A stretch of 64,000 nucleotides of DNA from Mobula hypostoma (taxonomy: Eukaryota), in NCBI RefSeq assembly GCF_963921235.1, contig NC_086097.1:125056001-125120000 (forward strand), written 5' to 3'. The position numbers and the translations under genes are program-made. Under the pieces are notes generated by a model. That model ran no database searches. It had not been told where the DNA came from and saw only the letters and a list, made by a program, of their open reading frames with translations. Positions within the stretch are counted from its first letter, which is position 1; each line of letters begins with the position of its first letter. Below, piece by piece: positions 35,050 through 48,733 of the stretch.

Positions 35050-35940
35050 TTACACCTCGGACTTCAACTACTGCACAGAGTCTTGTCATCTTCAGAAGTT
35101 TTCTGATGACTCTGCCATAGTTGGATGCATCAGCAAGGGAGATGAGGCTGAGTACAGGGCTACGGTAGGAAGCTTTGTCACATGGTGTGAGCAGAATTAT
35201 CTGCAGCTTAATGTGAAAAAGACTAAGGAGCTGGTGGTGGACCTGAGGAGGGCTAAGACACCGGTGACCCCTGGTTCCATCCAGGAGGTCAGTGTGGACA
35301 TGGTGGGGGATTACAAATACCTGGGGATATGAATTGACAATAAACTGGACTGGTCAAAGAACACTGATGCTGTCTACAAGAAGGGTCAGAGCTGTCTCTA
35401 TTTCCTGAGGAGAGTGAGGTCCTTTAACATCTGCCGGACGATGCTGAGGATGTTCTACGAGTCTGTGGTGGCCAGTGCGATCATGTTTGCTGTTGTGTGC
35501 TGGGGCAGCAGACTGAGGGTAGCAGACACCAACAGAATCAACAAACTCATTCATAAGGCCGGTGATGTTGTGGGGATGGAACTGGACTCTCTCACGGTGG
35601 TGTCTGAAAAGAGGATGCTGTCTAAGTTGCATGCCATCTTGGTCAATGTCTCCCATCCACTACATAATGTACTGGTTGGGCACAGGAGTACATTCAGCCA
35701 GAGACTCGTTCCACCGAGATGCAACACAGAGCGTCACAGGAAGTCATTCCTGCCTGTAACTCCTCCCTTGGAGGGTCAGACACCCTGAGCCAATAGGTTG
35801 GTCCTGGACTTATTTCCTGGCATAACTTACATATTACTATTTAACTATTTATGGTTCTATTACTATTTATTATTTATGGTGCAACTGCAACGAAAACCAA
35901 TTTCCCTCGGGATCAATAAAGTATGACTATGACTATGACT
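35050..35940 (+). mobile_element. 5'-truncated Rex1/Babar LINE (fairly young)
   Basis: [46 protein letters not shown]; tail AATAAAG(TATGAC)n; ATCAT duplicated at the flanks. Confidence 0.85.
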
Positions 35941-36209
35941 ATCATAAGGTTCATTTTCTTGCAGCCATTTACAAAAAATAAAGAGATACAATAGAATTGA
36001 TGAAAACTATACATAAATGAAGACTGGACAAACAACCAATGTGCAAAAGAAGAGTAATTGTGCAAATCAAATAAATAAATAATATTGACAATGTGAATAA
36101 TGGAGTCCTTGAAAGTGACTGAAGGCTTATCTACCTGATTAGATGGACAGAGACCGAGAAAGGGAAAAAGAGATATGGATAGAGGAAGTGGAGGGAAGAA
36201 TGGATTCAA

Positions 36210-36580
36210 AAGAAGGAATACAAAATTATGAGCAGTACAAATAGGGTAAATGCAAGCAGGCTTTTTCCACTGATGTTGAATGAGACTAGGACTAGAGGTC
36301 ATAGGTTGAGTGTGAAAGGTCAAACGGTCTATTTAAAGATATCTGAAGGGGAGCTTCTTCACTCTCAGGGTGGTGAGAGTGTGGAATGAGCTACCAGTAG
36401 AAGTGGTGGATACAGGTTTGATTGAAACATCTAAGACCAGTTTGGAGAAGCACACGGATGGGAAGGGTATGAAGGAATATGGTCCAGGTGCAAGTCAATG
36501 GGACTGGACAGAATTACAGTCCGGCATAGACTAGATGGGCTGAAACCCTGTTTCTGTGCCGTAGTGCTCTATGACTCTAG
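36210..36580 (+). mobile_element. CR1 LINE 3' end
   Basis: ACTAGAGGTCATAGG...TTCTTCACTCTCAGGGTGGTGAGAGTGTGGAATGAGCTACCA...GGGCTGAAACCCTGTTTCTGTGC. Confidence 0.8.
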
Positions 36581-37007
36581 GTGAGGAAAGGGGAAAAGGA
36601 AATTAGGGAGGAAGAAGGGAAGGGAACATGAGAAGGTCAAGAGACAGGTATGCAAGGGTCAGAAATGGTGGAGTGTAGGGACCTTGTTGAGTTCCAGGAC
36701 AGGAAGTGGTTACAGGAAACGATGAGGCAATTTGAAGAACAAGCATAAGAATTTTAGAATTGGGGAAACTAGATCACAAGACATAGGAATAGAATTAGGC
36801 CATTTGGCTCATCGAGTCTGCTCCGCCATTCCACCATGGATCTCAACTCCATTCATGTAATTTTCTCCCTGTAATTTTTGATGCCTTATTAATCAAGAAC
36901 CTATCATCCTCACTCTAAGTATATCCAGTGATTTGCCATCTGTGGCAATGAATTTCGTAGAATCACTACACCCTGGCTAAAGAAACTCCTCATCTCTGTC
37001 GTAAAGG

Positions 37008-37230
37008 AAAAATAAGAAAAATTGCCTTTAAACTCACGAGAGAGCATAAGCCATCAACTTTTTACTGCTGATGTTTCTGTAGCAGGCAATTTCTTTTTTA
37101 CGAGGTCGAGTTGCTAGCTCGACGCTCAACCCAGCACGGAAGGAAAGCGTGCATGGGAGCCAGCTGGATTCGAACTCGGGACCTTCTGCCCCAAAGTCCA
37201 GCGCCGATGCCACTACGCAACCAGCCAGCC
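37008..37230 (-). mobile_element. tRNA-derived SINE with an 11-bp TSD, inserted in a CR1 tail
   Basis: Minus strand: A-box-like TTGCGTAGTGG, B-box GAGTTCGAATCC; TSD TGTCGTAAAGG (36997-37007) / TGTTGTAAAGG (37231-37241). Confidence 0.8.
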
Positions 37231-40009
37231 TGTTGTAAAGGGGTGTCCTTATATTCGTAGTCTACGCTTTCTCGTTGTAGGCTCCTCCCACTATAGGAAA
37301 CATCCTCTCCAGGTCCACTGTATCTTGCTGTTTCAATATTCGATGAACTCTGGCCTGTGAGCCGGTACGGGTCGAAGGGCATGGAGATAATGTGTTAATA
37401 AGATTAGAAGTAGGTACAGGATCAGATTTGTTATCACTGATTTATGTCATCAGATTTGTGGTTTTGTGGCAGTAGTACAGTGCAAGACATAAAATATTCT
37501 ATAAATTAAAAGGGAGCAGAAGTAGTGAGGCAGTGTTCATGGGTTCAAGGACCTGTCAGACGTCTGATGGCGCAGGGATAGAAGCTGTTCCTAAAATGTT
37601 GAGCGTGTGTTTTCAGACTCCTGTACCTCGTCCCTGATGGTAGCAATGAGAAAAGGGTGTCTTGGGTGGAGGGGGTCCTTAATGATGGATAACATTAAGT
37701 TAGTTAATTGAGTTGGGCCATGGATAATAGGGGTTAGGATGAGCTTAAATGTATGGATGTTGGGAAAATTATACGAGAGTTAAAATAATATGAAAAATAG
37801 AATGGGGGGGGGTCTCTATTTGTCTGAGTTAATTAAAGGACAATAGATGGCCATAAACTGTGTCCTCCTGTGGGGAATCCAGAACAAGAGGATTAACCTT
37901 AAAACTAGAACTCATTGAAGAAGTCAGTTAATGAGATTGATGCATTTTAATCGATAAAGAGGCTAAATACAGAGCGTCCCACACAAAATGGTGGAGGAAC
38001 TCAGCAGGTTAGTCAGCATTTATTATGTACTTGGACCCTCAGCTCCCAGTGGAGCCGAGCCATCGATGTCCTCCCGTCTCCATTGTCCTCTGAATTTGAT
38101 GGTATGCTGGAGTTCATCAATGTTTCTGTAATCCATCGCATCCACTGTGCAGGGATTGGCCTATACAGTTTCACCCGAGCCCTGTTGGCCATCCTTACCC
38201 ATTCGCACCTCTCACGACGGGGACATAGGGTTGAGAGGCAGTGAGCATTTACAGCAGTTGGCCTTTTGGGCCAAGACCCTTCATCAGGTCCTTAAAACTT
38301 GCACTCTTTAAAGAAAAAAGTGAGAAGTTACTTACAGTTAAAGACCCAATTGAGTGTGGCTGGCACTAAAGTAATAGATGATGTGTGATCTAATTGAACA
38401 GACTCAAAGGAAGGTGAACACATAATGTTGGATAAGGATGAACATATACATACCTGGAGTCATAGGGCATTACAGCACAGAAACAGGCCCTTCAGCCCAT
38501 CAAATCTGTGTTGAATTGTTATTATTACTGCACCTGGGCTACTGACTCCATACCCCTCACGGCCACCTACTTATCCAAACTTCTCTCAACTGTTGAAATC
38601 GAACCACTTCCTCTGGCAGTCCGCTCTACTGCAGCACTTTCAGAAAGGAGAGATAAACTGGGTGGGAAAAGTTGGGGAATAAAGAAAGCTTAGCTCTTGC
38701 CGTTCCCTTGCCATGACCCTACACCTCAGCAAGTCTCCGTTGCACAATGGGCACGTATAAAGTTCAGTCTGAAAGCCTTTTGTTGTTATGCGCCACAGTC
38801 GGCCCACTTTCTGTAAGCTACTCGTATCACCTTACAAAAGTACAAGAAATGCGATAGTTTATTATAGGTACAAGCTGCAGAGTATCCAGGAAGCTGCTAA
38901 CACCCTGGTAAAACTATATAAAGGTCCCCACTGCCACCACTTAAGTCGGCAGCTTTTTATCCCACCTGGGTGGAATCAAAGGGTACCACTTTGCCCTGTG
39001 CATGCAGTGTACGTGGCTTTCTCTACACAGTGCACGATTAGTGCCTCTTACACCCACCGACAGTTTAGATAACAAGATTCCGATTTGGCGTTCCTGTGCA
39101 GACTACGCACCCCTAAGGGGGTCAGACACTGAGCACCACACACAAAACGCCGGAGGAACTGGCAGCGTGGTCAGTGTAACGCTACTATGGAGGCAGCGTC
39201 CTGGGTTCATTTCCCATCGCTGTCTGTAAGGAGTCCGTGTGCTCTCCCCACGACGCGTTGGTTGTCTCCAAGTGCTCCAGTTTCCAGATGGACAGGTTGG
39301 TAGGTTAATTAGTCACAGAGGTGTAATTCGGCAGTGCAGACTTGTCGGGCTGAATGGGCCCGTTACCTTCTGTATCTCTAAATCAAGAACTCAGGGGATG
39401 GTTAAGGAGCAACTACGGAGAGGAATAAGCAGTTGTTGTTTCAGGCCGAGACCTTTCATCGGGACCTTAAAACTAGCACTCATTAAAGAAAACTATCGAT
39501 GAGATTGATGTATTTTTGTCAGGTAAAGTTGCTTTACAATTGAGGCCCCAGGTGAGTGTGTGGACTCGGGAATGGTTGGTGAAGTCTAGCTGTGTTCACA
39601 CGTAGTGATGGTAAGTTCTCTGAGGATCATCACCCTACTGTGATGGAGAAGCTAGTGAGTTCCTGAGGTCCCTAGAGCAATGGCATCACTTAGCTCCTGC
39701 TGGGGTCACCCATGGCAGTAAGGTCAAGGAGGGGGTTCAAGACAATAGACGACCCCTTATGAGAACATCATACTTGACTCGAGTGATTGTACTGTACTAT
39801 AAAGGCAAGTTGGGGAATGGTGAACATGTACCTGGTGCCCAAATACCAACTGCGTACTCCTCTCTATAGATGCTGGCTGACCCGCTGAATTCCTCCAGTA
39901 TTTTGTGTTTGTTGCTTTGGATTTCCAGCATCTGCAGAAGCTCTTTTGTGTTTAGGAAATACTGAGCACTGCTGTTTTACATTAAACATGCCTGCATCAT
40001 TCTGGTTTC

Positions 40010-41010
40010 AGGAAGGACGTCTGGAGGTCGAGCCTCACCCTTGCTCCTCTGCCGTGGAAATCACCCAGCCCATCTTTGTTCGCTTAGGGATCCAAGACAG
40101 GCCGCAGTGCACAAGTAGCTGGTACCCAGGGACCTTCCCCATATGATACTGTCTGACCCACATTGCAGCTCCGGGCTTGAATGACTTCACCTGTCGACCA
40201 AAGTCTGTGTGGCTGTGATTGTGCACCTGACCATATGGTCTCTTGAAGCTGCAACAGCATTGCATCCAACACTGTGTGTGGATCCTTTTTTCCCAAAATC
40301 TCTTCAGCTGGTGACTTCCCCTCGAGGCCTGGATGCGATGTAATTCAATATGTCAGCAGAAATATGTTGGGAGTCTCAGCCGATGCTTCTTCCTTCCCCT
40401 CTTGATTTCAGAAGCAACCGTTTGAAGGTATGCACAAACCTTCCTGCTTGGCCGTTGGACTGTGGAGGATGTGGGGGAGAGCAGACATGGATAATTCCAC
40501 TGTTCTGGCAGAAGGCAGCAAACCGCTGTGAACTGAATTGAGTGCTGTTGTCAGAAACAAGCGTTTCCAGAATTCCAAATCGGCTAAAGATCTACAGCAG
40601 CTGTCGGACAGTAGCCGCTGTCATTGTTGAATTCATAGATAATACTTCTGGCCATTTGGAAAAGCCGTCAACCAGGACAAGGTAGGTACACCTGTTGTTT
40701 GGCCCTATGAAATCAATAGGTTCTTGACTCCAAGATCCAGTAGGCTGACACATTGGTTGTGGACTGACTGTCTCTACTTGGATTCTTTGCTGCCATAGAG
40801 CGTTGAGTACACAGCTTGCATACAGATGTGATATCTCCATCTATGCCCAGCCAGTACACAAAGTTTCTTGCCAGAACTTTCATTCAGTTGACGTCTGTGT
40901 GGCAATCAGTATTTTTGGTCGAAGTGGTCGTGGAACTGCTCTGTCTCCAAACATTAGTCAGGCATCCACAGTTGAGATCAATGTGAATGCCGTTGGTAAA
41001 AGGGTATGAC
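40010..41010 (-). mobile_element. Old Gypsy integrase remnant
   Basis: IDFIGP...YLVLVDGFSKWPEV; FSRFGILETLVSDNSTQF; SNGQAGRFVHTFKR. Confidence 0.8.
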
Positions 41011-41569
41011 GGTTTCCTCAACCTCGACTGGCCATCCGTCATTGGAGCTGTGCTTAGCTACACTGTCGTAAGTGTAAAGCAAGTGGAGCGGGGGGAAAAG
41101 CACACAGCCTTGTGGTGCACCTATGCTGATGGAGATCGTGGAGGAGATGTTGTTGCCAGTCCAAAATGATTGGGATCTGCAAAAGGATTCAATTGCACGA
41201 GGAGGTATTGAGGTGAAGGGCTTGGAGTTTATTGATTAGTTTTGAGGGGATGATGGTATTGAATACTGAGCTGTAGTCAACAAAGAGAGTCTTGATGCAT
41301 GCATCTTTGCTGTCCAAATGTTCCAGGGTTGAATGAGGAGCCAATAAGACGACAAAGGTTAGGTATTGAAAATGCTAGGGTTGGCAAGGTAGACAGAGTG
41401 GTAATGTAATTATGGAACAAGACATTAGGATACCAATGACAAAGGATCTTAGCTCTGAAAATCAGGATGTAGAATCAGTTTGAGTCGAGAAAATAAAGTA
41501 ACAAGGGGTAGAAAATCTGGTGTGAACTCTCTGTTGGCCTTCAACCAATTGGATAGAGATCAACGCAAA

Positions 41570-42179
41570 AACAATTCCCATTCTCACATGTTGGTCCATG
41601 GCCTCTCTCAGGTTGGGGGAGTAACACCTCATATTCCATCTGAGTCACCTCCAATAGCATAGACATCGATTTCTCCAGCTTCCGGTAATTTCTCCCCCAC
41701 CCTCTTTCTCTTTCCATTTCCCATTCTCACTCCCTTCTTACCCCTTATCTTCTCCTCACCTGCACATCACCTTACTTTGGTGACCCACCTCATTCTCTTA
41801 CTCCCATGGTTCACTCTCCTCTCCCATCAGATTCACCCTTCTTCAGCCCTTTACCTTTACCACCTATCACCTCCCTGCTTCGCATTTCATCCTCCCCTCC
41901 CTCACCTACCTACCTTCTCCCTCACCTGGGTTCGCATGTTTGTACTCCTTCCCCTGCCCTCACCATCTTATTCTGACTTCTGACCGTAAGACTTAGAAGC
42001 AGAATTAGGCCATTTTGTTCACAAAGTCTGCTCTGCCATTCCGTCATGGCTGATTTATTATCCCTCTCATGCCCTCTCCCATGACCTTCCTTTCCAGTCC
42101 TGATGAAGGATCTTGGCCTGAAATATTGGCTATTTATTCCCCTTTATAGGTGCTGATGATCTGCTGAGGTCCTCTAGCC

Positions 42180-42180
<1 letters not shown>
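41570..42180 (+). mobile_element. Penelope-like 3' fragment with a CR1 tail inserted
   Basis: NSHSHMLVHGL remnant, pyrimidine tract, decayed hammerhead motif at 42096-42132. Confidence 0.7.

Positions 42181-42245
<65 letters not shown>
42181..42245. repeat. (TG)32 microsatellite
   Basis: Uninterrupted TG run grown from the TGTG end of the Penelope terminal repeat. Confidence 0.99.
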
Positions 42246-42248
<3 letters not shown>

Positions 42249-43427
42249 CCAGAAATAATGGGGGGGGGAGGTTGTAACTCAGGAATGTGATTATCACAGC
42301 AGCCTTTAATATTCATGTAGCCCGGCAAATTGAATTGACAAAGGTAGTCTTAAGAACAAGTATTTGGGACATTTTCCTGAAACAGTACATCTTGGACCTA
42401 ACTAAGGAGCAGGCTATTTTAGTTATGGTTATGTGTAATGAAATAGGATTAATTAGTAACCCCGTTAGTAACAGTTTCACACACACAGGCATTCTCTTGG
42501 TTGAATTCTCCACCTTCCTATGCTTATGGACTGTTTGTCCCACTCCTGTCAGGGAGGAGGCTACACAGACCACGCCAGGACCACCAGACTCAATAACATT
42601 CACTTCCCCCAAGCCATCAGGCTGATGAACACCTCCACTCATTATCCCACCCCATCATCCCCAATACCATTACTTGTACGTCCCCTAGCGTCTCTTTATG
42701 TACATACAATCAGACATTTTACAGGGTGGCTTTTATATTTATACTTGCTGTGTTTTTATTTTTGCTTTTTCATCGTGTTTTTTATGCTGCATCAGATCAG
42801 GAGTAACAATAATTTCACTCTCCTGTTCACTCGTGCGTGGAAGAATGACACTAAGCTATCTTGACCTTTACCTTCCTGTGGCAGCGGTGCCCCCAGATGA
42901 CTCTACAGCTCTGTGCCTCCAAACTGACCTGGGGTTGCAACACCAACAAACTAACATGGGAGAGTGATGCAAGTCAGTGCATTTGGTGCCACAGTCTGTA
43001 GCTCTTGTCTATAATCATTTGTTGTCCATCATGTTGGGTGACAAAAGTCAGATTTGTGTAGTTCTTCTGTTGTACATCAGATGAGATCAACCACGTGAAG
43101 GAGACTTTACTGATATCAGGAGACCCTGATCAGATGGTTTCATGATTGATTAGACTGTTCAAGCATGTTTCAACATTGTCCCTCATCTCCCTTTGCAGTT
43201 TCAGATCACCCCATCAGACCCTGGGGAATTATCGGTAATTCAGCCCACAGAAACGCCTAATATTTCATTTTTCTGTTTCAGTGTTCTCCTCTTTGAATTT
43301 TCCAGCTACGATGACCTGCATTTTGGTCAATGCAGATGAAAAGAATTCATTTAAGACCTCTCCTCCACCCTGTGGTTCAACACACACGTTGCTCCTTTCA
43401 CCTCCAATGGACCTGATAGACTTACTT

Positions 43428-43875
43428 TGATTGATTGATTGACTGGTTGTCTGCCGTATCTGACAATGTCAGTGAATCCTGTGCAGGAGAGATTTTAAAG
43501 TGTAGAAGCCACTTTAAAAACTGGGGCAGTTCCACTCCCTTGACCTTGGAGGCCAGGGTCCATTGGTATGAGTAGTCATCACAACTGGGATCTTCTGCCA
43601 TTGCAGTGTTTGGCCATGACATCTGTGTCTCGTCATGCCCTGTGCTCTCCGTGGAACTGTTGCAGAACCACCTTCCTGGCTTTTGGATCTTATTGTCTAT
43701 CTCATCTGCCCAGGCTCACGCTTGGGCAGACATGTCCCTATCTCACCAGAGTACAAGGCCCACTGGCTACCCTCACCTGACTGAGTCCACCTGTCGAAGT
43801 GGTGTACCGGGGTGTGGCCGCTGTCACATGCGAACAGCTACTTGGAGCCACAGATGAGAGCTGAGTGTCCGTTGG
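43428..43875 (-). mobile_element. Probable RTE-related short non-autonomous retroelement
   Basis: (TTGA)n tail at 43428-43442 and a GC-rich structured head; family assignment tentative. Confidence 0.35.
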
Positions 43876-44562
43876 AGACCAAATGTCGGTGAGCTGCCCC
43901 AGAATGGACACAACAAGCTCCTTCACCAGAGGTGCAAACCCTCCATGGATTCCCCATATACCCTGGCTATAAAAATACCTACCGTGAAAGCATATTACAG
44001 GTATCCATTTACATTTCGAGATCATTCAGGTGTTTAAGGTGCTCACCTATCAGCTTGAGTATTTGTACTCAGTTATCAGCATCCTATTTATCAATGGCTA
44101 GTCTGGGGGTCAATATTGAAGATTGAAGCCCAATGGTCGATCTGAAGTCTGGAAGCTGAAGCTCGATGGCTGAAGTCTGCAGACTGGAGGCTGGAGCTCT
44201 CTCCTGGAGCTGGAGGACTGTCCATGCATGTGGGTGGGTGGGAGAGTGGTGAGACATGTTTTGCTGTTGTTTTGTTGCTTGGTACGTTCTGTTTAGTTGT
44301 CTACTGTGTAGCTCTGCAGGGCATTGTGGGTATGCTATGTTGCCGCCAGAATGTGTGACAACTCTTTTGAGCTTCTCTCAGCACATCCTCAGGTTTGCTG
44401 GTTGTTAATGCAAATTACACATTTCACTGTATGTTTCAATGTACATGTGGTAAATAAATCATGATCAGGAGAGCTTAATGCTGTCAGGATCTGTTTTTAC
44501 TCTATTATCTCTTTTAAGAGGATTCATTTTAGTTCGATGGAACTTAATACTTCTACAATATG

Positions 44563-45140
44563 CACTCAATAGTCACTTTCTTAGGTACACCAGTACTTCT
44601 GGTCATTAATGCAAATGTCTAAATATCTAATCAGCCAATCATGTGGCAGCAACTCAATGCATAAAAGTATGCAGACATGGTCAAGAGGTTCAGCTGTTTT
44701 TCAGACCAAACATTAGAATAGGGAAGAAATGTGATCTAAGTGACTTTAACTGTGCAATGGTTGTTGGTACCAGATGGGGTGGTTTAAGTATTTCAGAAAC
44801 TGCTGATCTCCTGGGATTTTCACACACAACAGTCTCTCAAGTTTACAGAGAATGGTGCGAAAAAATACGAAAAACATCCAGCAAGTGGCAGTTCTGTGGG
44901 TGAAGACGCCTTGTTAACGGGAGAGGTTGGAGGAGAATGGCCAGACTGGTTCAAGTTGACAAGAAGGCAACCAGTAACTCAAACAACCATGCGTTACAAA
45001 AGTGGTGTGCAGAGAGTACCTCTGAACACCCAACACATCAAACACACTGAAGTGGATGATGTAGCAGCAGAAGTTCACGAGCATACTCTAAGTGGACACT
45101 TCATTAGCTACAGAAGGTACCTGATAAAGCAGCTATGTTG
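44563..45140 (+). mobile_element. Tc1-like non-autonomous transposon with transposase N-terminal (HTH) remnant
   Basis: [48 protein letters not shown]-like CACTCAATAGTCACTTTCTTAGGTACAC. Confidence 0.85.
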
Positions 45141-45584
45141 AACTCCAGAGCTGACTAAATCCAAGCCTCTAGAGGTGTTTGCCAATAATTTTATAAGGGA
45201 ATCTAAATGAGCGAATAAGTAACTAATTATTAAAAATGCACAAATCTAATTGTTCCCAGTATTTCCTGAGGGGTGAGGAACAGCAGTTGTTGTGAGGGGT
45301 TTAGAAAGGCTGTAAAGATTAGCTGAGCAGCTGGTAAAGGGATGAGTGAACCGTGACAATTTTACCGCAAGTAAATAGTAAATGATTGCACTGGAAAGAA
45401 CATAGTGAAAAGCCGGGGGGGTGGGGGGCGGTGGTGTGGCAGGGATTTCCATTAGATTAACCTGTTGGGAGAGAAGAAGGAAGATTATTGAGTTGAGGAA
45501 CGAAACAATTTGACTGAGGCTTAAGTTATCACCTGTTTATTGAAGCAAAGACTGAAATATCACTTAAAGCTGAAAATGTATCTA

Positions 45585-46395
45585 GAACATAGAACTGAAC
45601 GCTATAGCACACAGCCTTCGGACTATCACTTTGTGTCAGCCTTTTAACCTACTCTAACATCAATCTAATCCTTCCCTCCTACATGGCCCTCAGTTTTCCT
45701 TTCATGCATGTGTCCAAGAGTGTCTTAAATGCCCCTAATGTATTTGCCTTTACCACCACCCTGGCAGGGTATTTCATGCACTCGCCATTCTCTGTGTAAA
45801 TAACTTACCTCTGACATAACCCCAAACTCTCCTCCAATCACCTTAAAATTATGTCCCCTCATATTAACTATGTATTTCCGCCCTGGGAAAAAGTCTCTGA
45901 CTATCTAATCAGTCTATGCCTCTTACCATCTCGTACACCTCTATCACATTACCCAGAGCCATCAAACGTTCCTCATACATTAACCCTTTCATTCCTAGGA
46001 TCATTCCTGTGAACCTCCTCTCCAATGCCAGCTCATCCTTTCTTACAGAAAGGGCCCAAAGCTGCTCACAATATCCAAGGTCTATGGCTATCCACTTGAT
46101 CTATGCCTCTTATCATCTTGTACCTTTTATCAAGTCATCTCCCATCCTCCTTTGCTCCAAAGGGGAAAGTCCTGGCTTGCTCAAACTATCCCCCAGTCCA
46201 GGCTGCATCCTGTTAAGTCTCCTCTGCAGTCTCTCTAAAGCTTCCACCTCCTTCCTATAATGAATCAACCAGAACCGAGCACAATATTCCAAGTGTGTTC
46301 TAACCAGGGCTTTACAGAGCTGCAACATTACCTCATGGCTCTTGAACTCAACCCCCCAACAAATAAAGGCTGACACACTATTCACCTTCCTAAAG
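45585..46395 (-). mobile_element. CR1 LINE 3' fragments
   Basis: GVEFKSHEVMLQLCKALVRTHLEYCARFW...LERLQRR; CR1 3' UTR near 45585-45700. Confidence 0.8.
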
Positions 46396-47584
46396 GACCT
46401 GAAAAAGATTTAAGGATGCAGAGCTAAAGGATGGTTATACAAAAACAACTTCCCACCCCAGGAAATGATCTACTTCTATTAGCTGAAGAAAGTTCTTTTC
46501 ATGTTTAGTTAGACCCCAGGAAATGGTTTAGGTATGTTAATGCTGAGGTGGAGGTTAAGGTAACGTATCCTGTAAGAAGTAAGGTCATAGGATAGCATAG
46601 AAACTGGCCCTTTGGCCCACTTCGTCAATGCTAATGTAGTACCAGTAGTAGGGAAGATTCTGGAAATAACTCAGAGGAAGAGGATTAATGATTATTTGGA
46701 AGGGCAAGGACAAGAGAGAGCAAATGTCGCCCTGTCCAGGGATAATACTGTCTTAACAATTTCATCAAATTCTTTGAAGTGGTTGAAAGTATTAAGTTAA
46801 TGTCAAAGTTAATATATTGTCAAGGTACATATACGTCACCATATACTACCCTGAGATTCATTTTCTTGCAGGTATTCACAGGAAAATAAATAAATACGAT
46901 AAAATTCATGATAAAACTATACATAAACAATGACTGACAACCAATGTGCAAAAGAAGACAAATCATACAAATAATAAAAAAATGTAAATGAATAATACTG
47001 AGAACGTGAGTTGTAGATTCTTTGAAAGAGGGTCTGAGGGTTGTGGAGTCGGTTCAGTGTTGGGGTGAGTGAAGCTATCTGCGCTGGTTCAGGAGCCTGA
47101 TGGTTGTAGCGTAATAACTGAGCCTGAACCTGGTGGTGTGGGACGTAAGGATCCTGTATCTTCTTCCCAGTAAAATAGCCTGACAGCATGTACCAACAGG
47201 CTCAAAGACAGCTTCTATCTTGCTGTTACAAGACTAATCGATGGTCCTCCAGTACAGTAAGATTGACTCTTGAGCTCACAATTGACCTTGCACATTGCAC
47301 CTTATTGTCCAGCTGTAATACTTGATTCTTCATTCTGCTATTGCACTGTTGTAATGAAATAATTGATACGGTTGGAAAGCAAAACAATGTTTTTCACTGT
47401 ACTTCAGTACCGTACAATTCAATATTCTATGACTCAATAATGACAATCCCACTTACCTGTAATAATTCTATACCCTTCTATGCCCTGCTCATTCAAGTAG
47501 CTGTCCAATTATTACTGCTCTGGCCTCCATCACCTCTGACACAAACTCTGCTCGTTTTGGTGCAGACATTCTCAACCTGGTTTA

Positions 47585-48340
47585 GAATTTCCCATTTAAA
47601 TTCTACTTCCCATTCTCACACTGACACGTCCATCCCAGTCTCCTCTACTGCCACGATGAGGCCAGATGCAGGTAGGGAGAGCAATACCTACTAGTCAGTC
47701 TGGGTAGTTTCCAATCTAAGGGCATAAATTTCAGGTAATTTCTCCCCCTTCCCCTTCTCCCTTTTTTGAATCTCCATTCTGGTTCCCCTCTTACCCCTTC
47801 ACTTCTCCTCGCCTGCCCATCACCTCCCTCTGGCCCCTCCTGCTTTCCTTACTCCCATGATCCACTCTCCTCTCCTATCAGATTGCTTCTTCTTCAGCCC
47901 TTTACGTTTTTCACCTATCACTTTCCAGCTTCTCACTTCATCCCTTCCCCCACTCAACCACCCATATCCACCTCACCTGGTCTCACTTATCACCTGACGA
48001 AGGGTCTCGGCCCGCAACGTTGACTGTGCCTCTTCCTCTAGATGCTGCCTGGCCTGCTGCGTTCACCAGCATTTTGTGTGTGTTGCTTGAATCTCCAGCA
48101 TCTGCAGATTTCCTAGTGCTTGCGTTTTTAAAATCGCTTATCACCTGCTAGCTTGTCCTCCTTCCCCTCCACCATACCTTCAAATCCTGGCTTCTTACCC
48201 CTTCCTTTACAGTTCTGATGAAAGCCTGAAATGTTGACTGTTTATTTCCCTCCATAGATGCTGCCTGACCTGTGGAGTCCTCCCAGGTCTTGGCATGTTT
48301 GGCTCGTGATCTTCAGCATCTGCAGAACCTCTTGTGTCTC
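47585..48340 (+). mobile_element. Penelope-like 3' fragment with a second Penelope terminal repeat nested inside (47997-48136)
   Basis: HLNSTSHSHTDTSI remnant; nested copy flanked by the 11-bp TSD CTTATCACCTG (47986-47996 and 48137-48147). Confidence 0.75.
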
Positions 48341-48733
48341 TAAAATAGCGGTGCATTACAAATGTTCTTCATATGCAAACACAATTTGCCTCAGGGATTT
48401 AACTAGGAACAAAGGTCAAAGTTATTCCATGGACTGCATTAATAGATATTGCAGATCACCGTCACATTCTCTTGTCACCAAAAATAATGAGCAAAATTCA
48501 TCACAGCATACTGGTTCTCTGCCTAGTTGTTAAGACTCATCAATATGGACCCACTGATTATGGAATGGCTCTTCCTGAACAATCCAGGCATAATGTTATA
48601 AAGAGTGAGCAGAAGATGGATATTAGCTTCTAGAATAGCATCTAAATTTAGAATCTACTTCTAAACAAGTTTTACTTGTTGGCTGAAGATAAAGGTTAGC
48701 TTTATTTGTCACACGTATGTCGAAACATACACA

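Noticed and set aside
37155..37230. Possible tRNA gene
   Set aside because: A and B boxes are present, but the acceptor stem is imperfect and it continues into a SINE body with a TSD.
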